A DNA stretch of 17,774 nucleotides, from the NCBI GenBank assembly GCA_037137755.1, contig JBAXJR010000046.1:1-17774 (forward strand), given 5' to 3'. Under the pieces are notes generated by a model that saw only the letters and a list, made by a program, of their open reading frames with translations, had not been told where the DNA came from and ran no database searches. Positions within the stretch are counted from its first letter, which is position 1, and each line of letters begins with the position of its first letter. Source of the DNA: Methanomicrobiales archaeon. Lineage in GTDB: Archaea; Halobacteriota; Methanomicrobia; Methanomicrobiales; Methanospirillaceae. The position numbers were made by a program, and so were the translations under genes. Shown here piece by piece: positions 1 to 9,000 of the stretch.

Positions 1-1
1 T

Positions 2-3000
2 GAAGTAACCGTATACCAGAATGCTCCTTATCAGTTCACGACCGTGATATCCGACGTTACGGAGCGCAAACGTGCGGAAGCGGACCTTCGGGCGAGCGAG
101 GAAGCGCTCTCTGCCATGCTGAACGGGATCACCGAATCAGCATTCCTTATGACCCCGGAAGGAACCGTCCTTGCTGCAAATGAAACCGTTGCAAGACGAC
201 TCGGAATGAAGCAGGCTGATGACCTGGTTGGTCAGAATGCATTACGGCTTCTTCCGAAAGATGTCCGAATGAGCCGGCAGATAAAGATACAGGAATTAAT
301 TCAGTCCGGTGAACCAGCACATTTTGAGGATGTCCGGCTGGGCAGGGTTATTTCCCAGACGATTTACCCTGTAAGAGACCCTGATGGTACTGTCCGCCGG
401 CTCGCTATTTTCGGTGTTGACGTCACCGATCGGAAGCTCGCTGAAGAAGCCTTACATGAAACCGATGCAAGGCTGAGATTTGCACTCCGTTCTGCAAACT
501 CAGGGACCTGGGACAGGGACTTCCCTACTGGGAAACTCGTATGGTCCCCGGAGTTCTTTGAACTGTTAGGTCTGCCCCCTGATGTCCCACCGTCTTTTGA
601 AACATGGCTTTCAGCCCTGCATCCGGACGATCGCAAACCGTCTATGGAGAAGATCGATCAGTCGGTAATAGATCACAAGGACCTCTGGAACGAGTACCGG
701 GTCCTCCTCCCGGAAGGGGGCTTGCGCTGGATTGGGGCTGCAGGCAGCACATCCTACAATGATCAGGGTGAACCGCTGCGCATGAGTGGCATATGTATTG
801 ATATCTCAGAACGCAAGCATGCCGAAGAAGCGTTGCGGGAGAGTGAAGCACGGTATCGTCTTCTCGCAGATAACGCAACCGATGTGATCTGGACTCTCAA
901 CCTCAATGGTGCCTTTACCTACGTCAGCCCTTCGATCTTCCAACTACGGGGGTATACCCAGGAAGAGGTGATGCACCAGTCATTGCCCGAGGTATTATCC
1001 GAAGGATCGGTTGCTGTCGTGGAGGAAACGATGCGGCAGACGTTGGAGCAGGTTAAACCGGGTATCATTCCCGCCCCGACGGTGATCGAGGTTGAGCAGC
1101 CCTGTAAGGATGGTTCATCTGTCTGGACCGAGGTTGTCTCCCGGTTGTTAGTTGATGCGACCGGGAACCCTGCAGGATTTATCGGTATCAGCCGAAATAT
1201 CACCGAACGCAGACGTGTGGCCGAATTGTTAAGGGAAAGCGAAGAACGTTTCCGCGCAATTCTGGATGCAACTCCGTTTCCCATTGCCCTGGTTGACGTT
1301 CAGGACAACAACATTCAGTTCTGGAGCCGGAGCGCTCTCACCCTTTTCGGACATACGGCGGCGACAACACTCGAATGGTACCAGATAGCGTACCCGGATC
1401 CAGATTATCGGCGTGATGTAATTGATCGGTGGAAATCGTTCCTGGAAAAGGCGAAACACTCCAGCCAGCCGGTCAACACCGGAGAATACCGGGTTACATG
1501 CCGTGACGGTTCAGTTCGCATTTGCGAGCTCTACGCCGCTTTCCTGGCAGACAAACTCATTGTCACGTTCAATGATATAACCGACCGTAAACAGGTGGAG
1601 GAAGCACTTCTTAAAAAAACCGAAGAACTCTACGCAGTGAACGAAGAACTGACCGCATCAGAAGAGGAACTGAGGCAGAATATGGTGGAACTGGCAGGGC
1701 AGGAACAAGCCCTGCGTGAGTCAAGGCAGGAAATGGCTGATATCATAGAGTTCCTCCCCGACGCCACGTTCGTCATCGACCTGCGGGGAATCGTAACCGC
1801 ATGGAACCGTGCGATGGAGGAGATGACCGGGATCAGCAAGGATGACATGATCGGCAAAGGTGATCATGAGTACACAATTCCCTTCTACGGCGAGCGACGG
1901 CAACAACTCCTGGACCTCATTGATACAGATGATGAGGAATTACAAACGAAATACCAGAATATCATAAGGAAAGGAAAGACACTCTATGCTGAAGTCTTTA
2001 CCCCGGCATTATACGGGGGGAAAGGGGCATATGTCTGGGCAACAGGTTCACCACTTTTTGATATTCATGGCAAGCGTATCGGTGCCGTAGAATCTATTCG
2101 TGATATTTCCGAAAGGAAACGGGCGGAGATGAAACTAGTATCAGCCCAGGAGTTTCTGAAAGATGCCCATCACCTTGCACATATCGGGACCTGGGACTGG
2201 GTTATAGAGACCGATACCGTGATATGGTCCGAGGAACTCTGCAATATCTCCGGATGGGATCCTTTGCTTCCAGCGCCCACCTATGCAGAACTCCCGCGAA
2301 TCTATACATCCAGCAGTTGGGAATGTCTCAGTTCTGCGGTGACAAATGCGCTCACGACCGGCGAACCGTATAACCTTGAACTGGAACTCATCCGTCCGGA
2401 TGGCAGCATACGCTGGACACATGCATTCGGTGGCGTGGTACGTGATACGAAAGGAAAGGTCACCGGGCTTCATGGCACGGTTCAGGACATCACCGACAAG
2501 AAACTGGCAGAGGAAGCGTTACGGGAAGCCAATAAAAAGCTCAGCCTCCTCTCCGGCATCACCCGGCATGACATCAATAACCAGCTACTGGTATTGAATG
2601 GGTTTCTTAGTTTATTACACAAAAAAGTCCCCGATCCAACACTTGATGATTTTTTCACCCGGATCATGATGGCGAGTGACCGGATCTCTGCCATGATCCG
2701 GTTTACGAGGACCTATGAGTGCATTGGTGTGAATGTCCCTGTATGGCAGGTTGTCCGTGACCTGGTTGATGCGGCGGCAAAAGATGTTACACCAGGACGG
2801 ATCAGCCTGAAAAACGATCTCCCGGCTGGGGAGGAAATTTTCGCAGACCCGCTGATTATCAAGGTCTTCTATAACCTGATAGACAACGCGGTGCGGTATG
2901 GGGGGAAGATCACGACCATCCGGTTCTCTGTACAGGAATTGGGTGATGATCATGTCATCGTGTGCGATGACGATGGTGAGGGGATCCCTGTCCTGGAGAA

Positions 3001-3178
3001 GGAACAAATATTTGAACGGGGATATGGGAAGAACACTGGCCTTGGATTGTTCCTTTCAAGTGAAATCCTGTCTATTACAGGGATTACGATCAAAGAGACC
3101 GGTGAGCCTGGCAAAGGAGCACGGTTCGAGATAACGGTGCCGAAAGGGGCGTGGCGTTCAACTGATAGTCGTGTGTAA
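2..3178 (+). CDS. Multi-PAS (PAS/PAC) sensor histidine kinase, 5' end outside the window
   Basis: The frame is open from base 2 (EVTVYQNAPYQFTTVISDVTERK), so GTG44 is not the true start. It has one partial and six complete PAS/PAC modules ending in D(I/V)(T/S)xRK linkers, and a coiled coil (EELYAVNEELTASEEELRQN). Catalytic motifs are intact: H-box LSGITRHDINNQ (His codon 2567-2569), N-box NLIDNAVRYG, G1 DDDGEGIP, G2 FERGYGKNTGLGL. No TM helix is visible in the part present. Confidence 0.95.
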   Translation, partial: EVTVYQNAPYQFTTVISDVTERKRAEADLRASEEALSAMLNGITESAFLMTPEGTVLAANETVARRLGMKQADDLVGQNALRLLPKDVRMSRQIKIQELIQSGEPAHFEDVRLGRVISQTIYPVRDPDGTVRRLAIFGVDVTDRKLAEEALHETDARLRFALRSANSGTWDRDFPTGKLVWSPEFFELLGLPPDVPPSFETWLSALHPDDRKPSMEKIDQSVIDHKDLWNEYRVLLPEGGLRWIGAAGSTSYNDQGEPLRMSGICIDISERKHAEEALRESEARYRLLADNATDVIWTLNLNGAFTYVSPSIFQLRGYTQEEVMHQSLPEVLSEGSVAVVEETMRQTLEQVKPGIIPAPTVIEVEQPCKDGSSVWTEVVSRLLVDATGNPAGFIGISRNITERRRVAELLRESEERFRAILDATPFPIALVDVQDNNIQFWSRSALTLFGHTAATTLEWYQIAYPDPDYRRDVIDRWKSFLEKAKHSSQPVNTGEYRVTCRDGSVRICELYAAFLADKLIVTFNDITDRKQVEEALLKKTEELYAVNEELTASEEELRQNMVELAGQEQALRESRQEMADIIEFLPDATFVIDLRGIVTAWNRAMEEMTGISKDDMIGKGDHEYTIPFYGERRQQLLDLIDTDDEELQTKYQNIIRKGKTLYAEVFTPALYGGKGAYVWATGSPLFDIHGKRIGAVESIRDISERKRAEMKLVSAQEFLKDAHHLAHIGTWDWVIETDTVIWSEELCNISGWDPLLPAPTYAELPRIYTSSSWECLSSAVTNALTTGEPYNLELELIRPDGSIRWTHAFGGVVRDTKGKVTGLHGTVQDITDKKLAEEALREANKKLSLLSGITRHDINNQLLVLNGFLSLLHKKVPDPTLDDFFTRIMMASDRISAMIRFTRTYECIGVNVPVWQVVRDLVDAAAKDVTPGRISLKNDLPAGEEIFADPLIIKVFYNLIDNAVRYGGKITTIRFSVQELGDDHVIVCDDDGEGIPVLEKEQIFERGYGKNTGLGLFLSSEILSITGITIKETGEPGKGARFEITVPKGAWRSTDSRV
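3086..3144 (+). repeat. Near-identical 59-bp kinase 3'-end segment, copy 1
   Basis: 57/59 identical to 12989-13047 by manual alignment. A more diverged copy lies at ~10740-10800. Confidence 0.85.
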
Positions 3179-3545
3179 TGGCAGCGCCACTCCGGATCCT
3201 CTACGTCGACGATGAACCTGGTCTTCTCGGCATTGGAAAGGTTTTCCTGGAGTAATCCGGAAATTTCGCTATAAAGACCACACTGAACGCCCTGGACGCG
3301 ATCAGTTGCTTGAAGGGGAATAATTCGATCGATTGTTTCAGATTACCTGATGCCAGGGCTGGATGGTATCCAGTTTCTTGTTGAAGTAGGGAAGCAGTTT
3401 GGATCGATCCCATTTCCTGTTCACCGGGAAAGGGCGTGAAGAGGTCATCATCCAGGCAATCAACAGAGGTGCGGACTTCTATCTCCAGAAAGACGGCGCA
3501 CCAAAGGCGCGGTTTGTCGAGCTTTCAGATAAGATTCATGCCGAA
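3178..3545 (+). pseudogene. Degraded response-regulator receiver (REC) domain, probably the remnant of a REC or REC-PAS-kinase gene
   Basis: ATG overlaps the kinase stop (TAATG, 3176-3180). It reads MAAPLRILYVDDEPGLLGIGKVFLE*SG, with TAA at 3253-3255 where the paralog at 6027 has CAA. Indels near 3322-3331 and 3416 separate the pieces FD..IVSDYLMPGLDGIQFL and LFTGKGREEVIIQAINRGADFYLQKDGAPKARFVELSDKI, which align with the REC domain of 6027..10832. Similarity ends near 3540. Confidence 0.9.
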
Positions 3546-3653
3546 ACCGCGCCAATACACACACGTCCCCGAAAGAACGGTTCCATTTTTCAGGTGTACA
3601 ATGTCCAGGCATTGCATGGACCTGGCGGTGGGTAAAAATCTGGTTTTTCTTCA

Positions 3654-3938
3654 TCAAAGCAGACCATATTTCTTATGGGCTTGTTCAATGGTCACCAGGC
3701 CAAAAACATAGATTCTCTCGTTTTTAATCCGGTAAAATGCGGTGTAACCGTGGCTGATATGTACACGATATACGGGTCCTTTCCCGGCGCAGGTGAATCG
3801 TTCTGTATCCCCGTCTTTCCCTGGGTATGGATCCTCAGAAAGCCGTGCGATTTTATTTTTGACGATGCGTAGGCTATTTTCCGGAAGATTTCCCATGAAT
3901 TCGAGAACTTCATCTTCAACCAGGATCGGAAAATTCAC
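3654..3938 (-). CDS. Type II toxin-antitoxin toxin, archaeal RelE/ParE superfamily
   Basis: 94 aa with LSEDPYPG..GD.E, YRVHISHGYTAFYRI and C-terminal TIEQAHKKYG, matching my recollection of euryarchaeal RelE-like toxins. The GTG start overlaps the upstream TGA (GTGA, 3938-3935), as is typical of TA operons. Confidence 0.85.
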   Translation of the reverse strand: MNFPILVEDEVLEFMGNLPENSLRIVKNKIARLSEDPYPGKDGDTERFTCAGKGPVYRVHISHGYTAFYRIKNERIYVFGLVTIEQAHKKYGLL

Positions 3939-4130
3939 GGCTTGAACTCCACAAAATGACCGTCCCGCATCTTCCGATCTGCATCCTTAAACAAATGGCG
4001 GCGCTTCTCGTTAACCACCATCTCTCTGATCACCTGGTCGAAGGTCTGGCCGGTTTGCGAAGTCATAGATCTCCTCCCTGGTGCTGGGACAAACGGGAAT
4101 CTTTTTTGTTGCACACTCATGATCGGGCAT
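3935..4130 (-). pseudogene. Cognate antitoxin (small RHH-like, ATKxIPV...GxTFD type), frameshifted near 4052-4056
   Basis: From ATG4130 it reads MPDHECATKKIPVCPSTREEIYDFA. The continuation GQTFDQVIREMVVNEKRRHLFKDADRKMRDGHFVEFKP* is in another frame (GCA AACC GGC CAG: 4 nt between codons). Its stop is coupled to the toxin start. A 61-aa in-frame ORF from ATG4120 keeps the C-terminal half but has a scrambled N-terminus. Confidence 0.7.
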
Positions 4131-4151
4131 AGAGCTCAGGTAAGCCTTGTC

Positions 4152-4165
4152 ACTATTTACTTTCA
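4152..4165 (-). promoter_or_regulatory. Putative BRE/TATA box of the TA operon
   Basis: The minus strand reads GAAAGTAAATAG about 24-34 nt upstream of ATG4130, which fits a leaderless archaeal transcript. Confidence 0.4.
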
Positions 4166-4369
4166 TCCAATCCTTCCATTCAATGTAATAAAGCAATGAA
4201 AATCACGTAACGGTCAGGGATCTGCCGGAATAACCCGGCAAACCTTACACGGGATAAGCTCACCAATAACCCGGCCGATTCACTCTCGCGACAGAACCTC
4301 AAACTTTTATTCCGTCCTGGACTGGTTACCTTACTACCGGAGTGCGGGTATATAATACAGGGTCCAATC

Positions 4370-5056
4370 ATGGATCGAAGGTTGGTTTGTATTCTCATCC
4401 TGCTGTTTGTCATCAGCATCACACGTTCCTTTGCCGCCGATATCGTATGCGTTTTTCAATTCGATATGAAAGGTTGCCCTCTTGGTGCAGGGGGATAAGA
4501 GCCCGGGGTTTGCTGCAGTTGTGGGTGCGGTGAGTTTCCTTGGGAACAGGTGGGTCCCCGTTATACTGGTCTTTTCAGCTGTACTATCTGTGCCATCCGG
4601 AAGAAATGGATTGAAGCGGTATTTGTGATCGCAACCCTGAACAGCAGTATACCCGCAGGAGTACTCAAGGTGCTTGTCGGCCGCTCCCGCCCGCCCGGCT
4701 TCTCGCTGGACCCGTCCTATATATTCGGTTCCATCAGCCAGTACAGCTATCCCAGGGGCCATGTCCTCTTCTTTGTAGTTTTTTTCGGATTCACGGCACT
4801 CCTCGCCTGCAGGTTCCTTGCCGGCTGGATGTGGCGGATCACCATTTCCATATGTGCTGCACTGATCCTGCTGATCGGCCCCTCATGCATCTACCTCGGG
4901 GCCCATTGGTTTAGCGATGTAATTGGTAGCTACATCCCCGGCACCTTCTGGTTGATCATCCTGATCCCATCTCTACCTGAAAGTGGTTTCCATGAAGAGC
5001 GGGTGATTGGACACCGGAGACGTTTTCGGGAACAATATGTTCCGGAATACACCTAA
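4370..5056 (+). pseudogene. PAP2-family (phosphatidic acid / undecaprenyl-PP phosphatase-like) membrane phosphatase, degraded
   Basis: Motifs are Kx6RP (KVLVGRSRP), PSGH-like (PRGH, 4751-4762) and SRx5Hx3D-like (SCIYLGAHWFSD, from 4883). A hydrophobic N-terminus from ATG4370 (MDRRLVCILILLFVISI) joins the 4550..5056 ORF only through frameshifts at ~4472 and ~4586. A third frameshift near 4967 bypasses the likely native end LYLKVVSMKSG* (TGA 5004-5006). A TATA-like TATATAATA lies at ~4349-4357. Confidence 0.8.
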
Positions 5057-5200
5057 AGTCCAACACCTGAGGACTATTTCACCAGGATCACGAAGCACGG
5101 GTTCCAGGATATGGTCCACGATACCATTCGCTAACTAGTATGACTGATATCTAAAAACCCAATTGTCCCCTCCCAGACCAGAAGAGATGAACACACGAAC

Positions 5201-5210
5201 GAAAAAAAAG
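5201..5210 (-). terminator. Oligo-T archaeal terminator of the PNPOx-like gene
   Basis: An A8 run on + (T8 on -) lies ~15 nt after the stop at 5225. Confidence 0.5.
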
Positions 5211-5224
5211 AGTTGAAGAGAGTC

Positions 5225-5638
5225 TCATCTCTTCCAGGTTTCGGACTCCATCGTGCCCATGGATATGTACTTGATCTCCCGGGCGGAAAAGATGAGGACG
5301 ACATAGTCGGGGTTGTCGACTGATTTGAAGAACTTTTCGTACATGGGGTTCCAGTACTTCTTCTTCGTTGCAAGGTCCTCATGGACTTCACATTTTGCGA
5401 TCATCTCCACGTACGGATCACTGAATTCTTTTCCAGACCAGACCGATATGGCGGTATCCGGGTTTTTCTTAAGTTGGGCAACCTTATTCGTTTGTTTCCC
5501 TGTTGCCCCTACGAGGGTCATATCCTCGAACCCGGCAAGGACCATGAACCTTACCGCCGGTTTCCCATCGGCGATCGTTGCGACAGCCGCGGGGTGCGGT
5601 CCGCCGATCACTTCCATAATTTTGTCTTTTATGACCAT
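5225..5638 (-). CDS. Pyridoxamine 5'-phosphate oxidase-like / general stress protein 26 family FMN-binding split-barrel protein
   Basis: Shows the typical pattern ATIADGKPAVRFM, TGKQTNKVAQLKKNP, KKKYWNP..EKFFKSVDNPDYVVL. The start is reassigned from 5713 to ATG5638 (MVIKDKI) because a TATA box lies ~25-30 nt upstream and the extension does not resemble the family. Confidence 0.85.
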   Translation of the reverse strand: MVIKDKIMEVIGGPHPAAVATIADGKPAVRFMVLAGFEDMTLVGATGKQTNKVAQLKKNPDTAISVWSGKEFSDPYVEMIAKCEVHEDLATKKKYWNPMYEKFFKSVDNPDYVVLIFSAREIKYISMGTMESETWKR

Positions 5639-5661
5639 AGCTGGCACTCTCTTCACGATCA

Positions 5662-5669
5662 TATTAATA
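5662..5669 (-). promoter_or_regulatory. TATA box of the PNPOx-like gene
   Basis: TATTAATA, 24-31 nt upstream of ATG5638. Confidence 0.5.
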
Positions 5670-6026
5670 GATATCGCTGGTGGGCAACACCTGGAGAGTT
5701 CCTTCCCGGCCATTCTTGAGTACTTTCAAGCGGGTTTTAGATTAAAGGCCATCTAAATTTGTATTACGTTCACAAAATAAAAAAGAAAACCGGGCCGCAA
5801 CAAGAAATAAACAGCCATACCCTTAATCTGTCACACGAAAAAAATACGTTGAATTGGTCCCTGGAGTTATGAGTTCCTGCATACATCCTGGTGGCAGTGG
5901 TGAAAGATGGCAACAACTGGAAAGATACGGTTTTTTATGTGGAACAGCTCCCGGGAATCAGGAGTTCATTCTCCCCAGGGGCAATAGCAAATTCATATGT
6001 ATTGAAAAGAGGATAGTTCACATACT

Positions 6027-9000
6027 ATGCCGGGTGCTCTCCGGATCCTCTATGTCGATGATGAACCCGGTCTTCTTCAGATCGGTAAGCTGTTCCTGGA
6101 GCAATCCGGAGATTTTTCTGTAGAAACCATTGATTCAGCACCAAATGCGTTAGAACTTCTTAAAAGTGAACAATTCGATGCTATCGTCTCTGATTACCAG
6201 ATGCCGGAAATAGACGGCATCCAGTTCCTCAAACAACTCAAAGAATCAGGCAATACAACGCCGTTCATCATCTTCACGGGGAAGGGGCGAGAAGAGGTCG
6301 TCATCCAGGCGTTAAACGAAGGGGCGGATTTTTATCTCCAGAAAGGGGGAGATCCGCAGGCGCAGTTTGCTGAACTGAGCCATAAAATCAGGATTGCTAT
6401 CCAACAACGCAGGGCAGGAGAAGCTCTCCGTGAAAAGACCAGCGAGCTTGACCGGTTCTTCAACAGTAGTCCCGATCTTCTGTGTATCTCCGATACCGAT
6501 GGACATTTCCGCAGGCTGAATCCCGAATGGGAACGTACGCTCGGGTATCCGCTCTCCGAACTTGAAGGCCTGAAATTCCTTGATCTCGTCCACCCGGAGG
6601 ATCTCGCACCGACCCTCAAAACCATGTTGACACTTGGTGGCCAGAAAGAGATCCTCAATTTTTCAAACCGGTACCTGCACAAGGATGGCTCGTATCGCTG
6701 GATTGAATGGCGCTCGTACCCGTTCGGGGAATTCATTTATTCCGCGGCCCGTGACATTACCGAACGAAAGCGGGCCGAAGAAGCGCTGCGGGAGAGCGAG
6801 GAACGCTATCGGAATATCGTCGAAGACCAGACAGAATTTATTTCCCGTTTCCTCCCGGACGGTACGCATATTTTTGTGAACGAAGCGTATTGCCGGTACT
6901 TCGGCTTCACCCGGCATGATCTCCTCGGTCACCGGTTCAGGCCTGCGATCCCCCTGGAGGACCGGGAGCGGGTAAACCAATTTTTTAGGTCCCTGACACC
7001 GGATAATCCGGTCGATACGATTGAACACCGTATCATCATGCCTGACGGCACGATCCGGTGGCAGCGGTGGAGTGACCGTGCAATCTTCGACCCGTCGGGC
7101 TCTGTCATCGAGTACCAGTCTGTCGGCCATGATATAACGGAAATAAAAGAGGCAGAAGAAGAACTTCGCAAAAGCGGGACGAAATTCCGCTCCTTATTTG
7201 ACAATGCCATTCTTGGTATCTTCCAGACCACACCTGAGGGAAGATATATTGATCTGAATCCGGCTTTTGCACGGATTTATGGATACAATTCTCCTGAAGA
7301 GATGAAATCTGCCATCAGTGATATCCAGCAGCAGTTGTATGTCCATCCGGAAGACCGGAAGACCATCAGGGAGCTGCTCTCAACTGTTGGAGAATTCCGG
7401 AATTTCGAGACAGAAAACCGGTACCGTGACGGTCATTCCATCTGGATCTCCATCAATGCAAAAGCAGTGCCGGACCGTAATGGAGAGATCCTTGCCTACG
7501 AAGGGACAATCGAGGACATCACCGAACGCAGGCGGGCTGAAGAAGCGCTCCGGCTCAGCGGGCTGAAGTTCCGGATGCTGGTCGAGGCATCACCCGATAT
7601 GGTCTGGGAGATGGATTCACAGGGAAATTTTCTCTATATCAGCCCCCAGTGTGCCATCCAGCTTGGCTACGCCCCGGAGGAACTCATTGGAAAACCCATA
7701 TTCTCTCTTATAAAGCCGGAATCTGTAGCATCGATCCGAAATCAGTTCCTCCTCCATATGCGGGATAAAAAATCATTTAACCTGGTTGAAGTTCCTGCAT
7801 ACCACCGAAATGGTAATTCTTTAGTCATTGAGGTCCGTTCTGTTCTGATAGCGAATGACAAGGGAGAGATCACCGGATTCCAGGGGATTGCCCGGGATAT
7901 TACCGGACGTAAACGGGCGGAGGAGTTACTTAAGGTGAGTGAGGAACATCTGCGTTCAACCCTTGCTTCCATTGACGACCTGGTGCTCACCTTAGATGAA
8001 CATGATATTTTTACAGGTTCGTATAATCCGGTCATAGCGAACCTCTATGTCCTTCCGGAACAGTTCATGGGTAAATCCATCCGGGAGGTATTGCCAGAAG
8101 AACTGGCTGATCTGGTACAAACAACGATCGAGGAGGTAAAAATTACCGGTGCAACGCACCAGATTGAGTATGGCTTACCAATACAGGGGAAAACTGAGTG
8201 GTTTAATGCGAAAATATCGCCCCGGTATTCTCTGAATGCGGCATATGCCGGTGTAACACTGGTTGCCCGGAATATCACCGGACGCAAAACTGCTGAGGAA
8301 GCGTTGCGGGAGAGCGAGGAAAAATATCACAATCTGTATCTTCATTCCGCCATCGGTATTTTCCATTCTACCTTCGAAGGAAGATTTATCGATGTAAATC
8401 CTGCTCTGGCGACGATGCTGGGGTATAACTCTCCGGAAGAGGTGATAACCTCGATCTCCAACATTGCCGGCCAGCTCTATGCCGAACCCCCATTGTACGA
8501 CTCCACCGCAGCCGCCGTACTGGATTCCGGGGGTATAATCAGCGTAGAAAACTGCTATCTTCGCAGAGACGGTACCCTGTGGCATGGAAATCTGCATATG
8601 CGTATTGTTCCGGATAAGCAGGGCAAGCCAGGCCATTACGAAGGGTTTGTCGAGGATGTAACCGAACGCAGGCGTATAGAAGAAGCATTGCGGATTACCC
8701 GGGATAAATACACACAGGTCTTCTTCTCCAACCCTGATGCGATAACGATCAGCGACCTGGAAACCGGGTGGTTTGTCGAGGTAAACGATGCGGCCTCCCA
8801 TATGTTCGAATATCCCCGGGATGAGATGATCGGAAAGAGTGCACTCGAACTTGGTATCTGGCGCAAGAAGGAGGACTGGGATGCCTTCACAAAATGGGTG
8901 AAAACGGTAGGGTGGGTGGAACGATCCGAGTTATGTGGACGCCAGAAGTCCGGAACATTGTTCCATGCATCAGTCTCTGCTGATACCATTTCCATCGACA

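Noticed and set aside
44-46. GTG44 as start codon of kinase 1
   Set aside because: The frame is open to the window edge and begins mid-PAS domain.
3086-3150. DGR-like template/variable repeat pair (the first three mismatches versus 12989-13053 fall on adenines of this copy, at a gene 3' end)
   Set aside because: There are too few mismatches, most adenines are unchanged and the next mismatches are non-A. Both copies encode a conserved HATPase motif, and there is no reverse transcriptase in the window.
3399-3635. 78-aa ORF as an independent gene
   Set aside because: It is the last frameshifted piece of the REC pseudogene plus read-through sequence.
5639-5713. N-terminal extension of the PNPOx-like ORF
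   Set aside because: It spans the likely TATA box and does not resemble the family.
3545-6026. Insertion sequence or integrative element carrying the TA module
   Set aside because: No transposase/integrase, terminal inverted repeats or target-site duplication could be identified.
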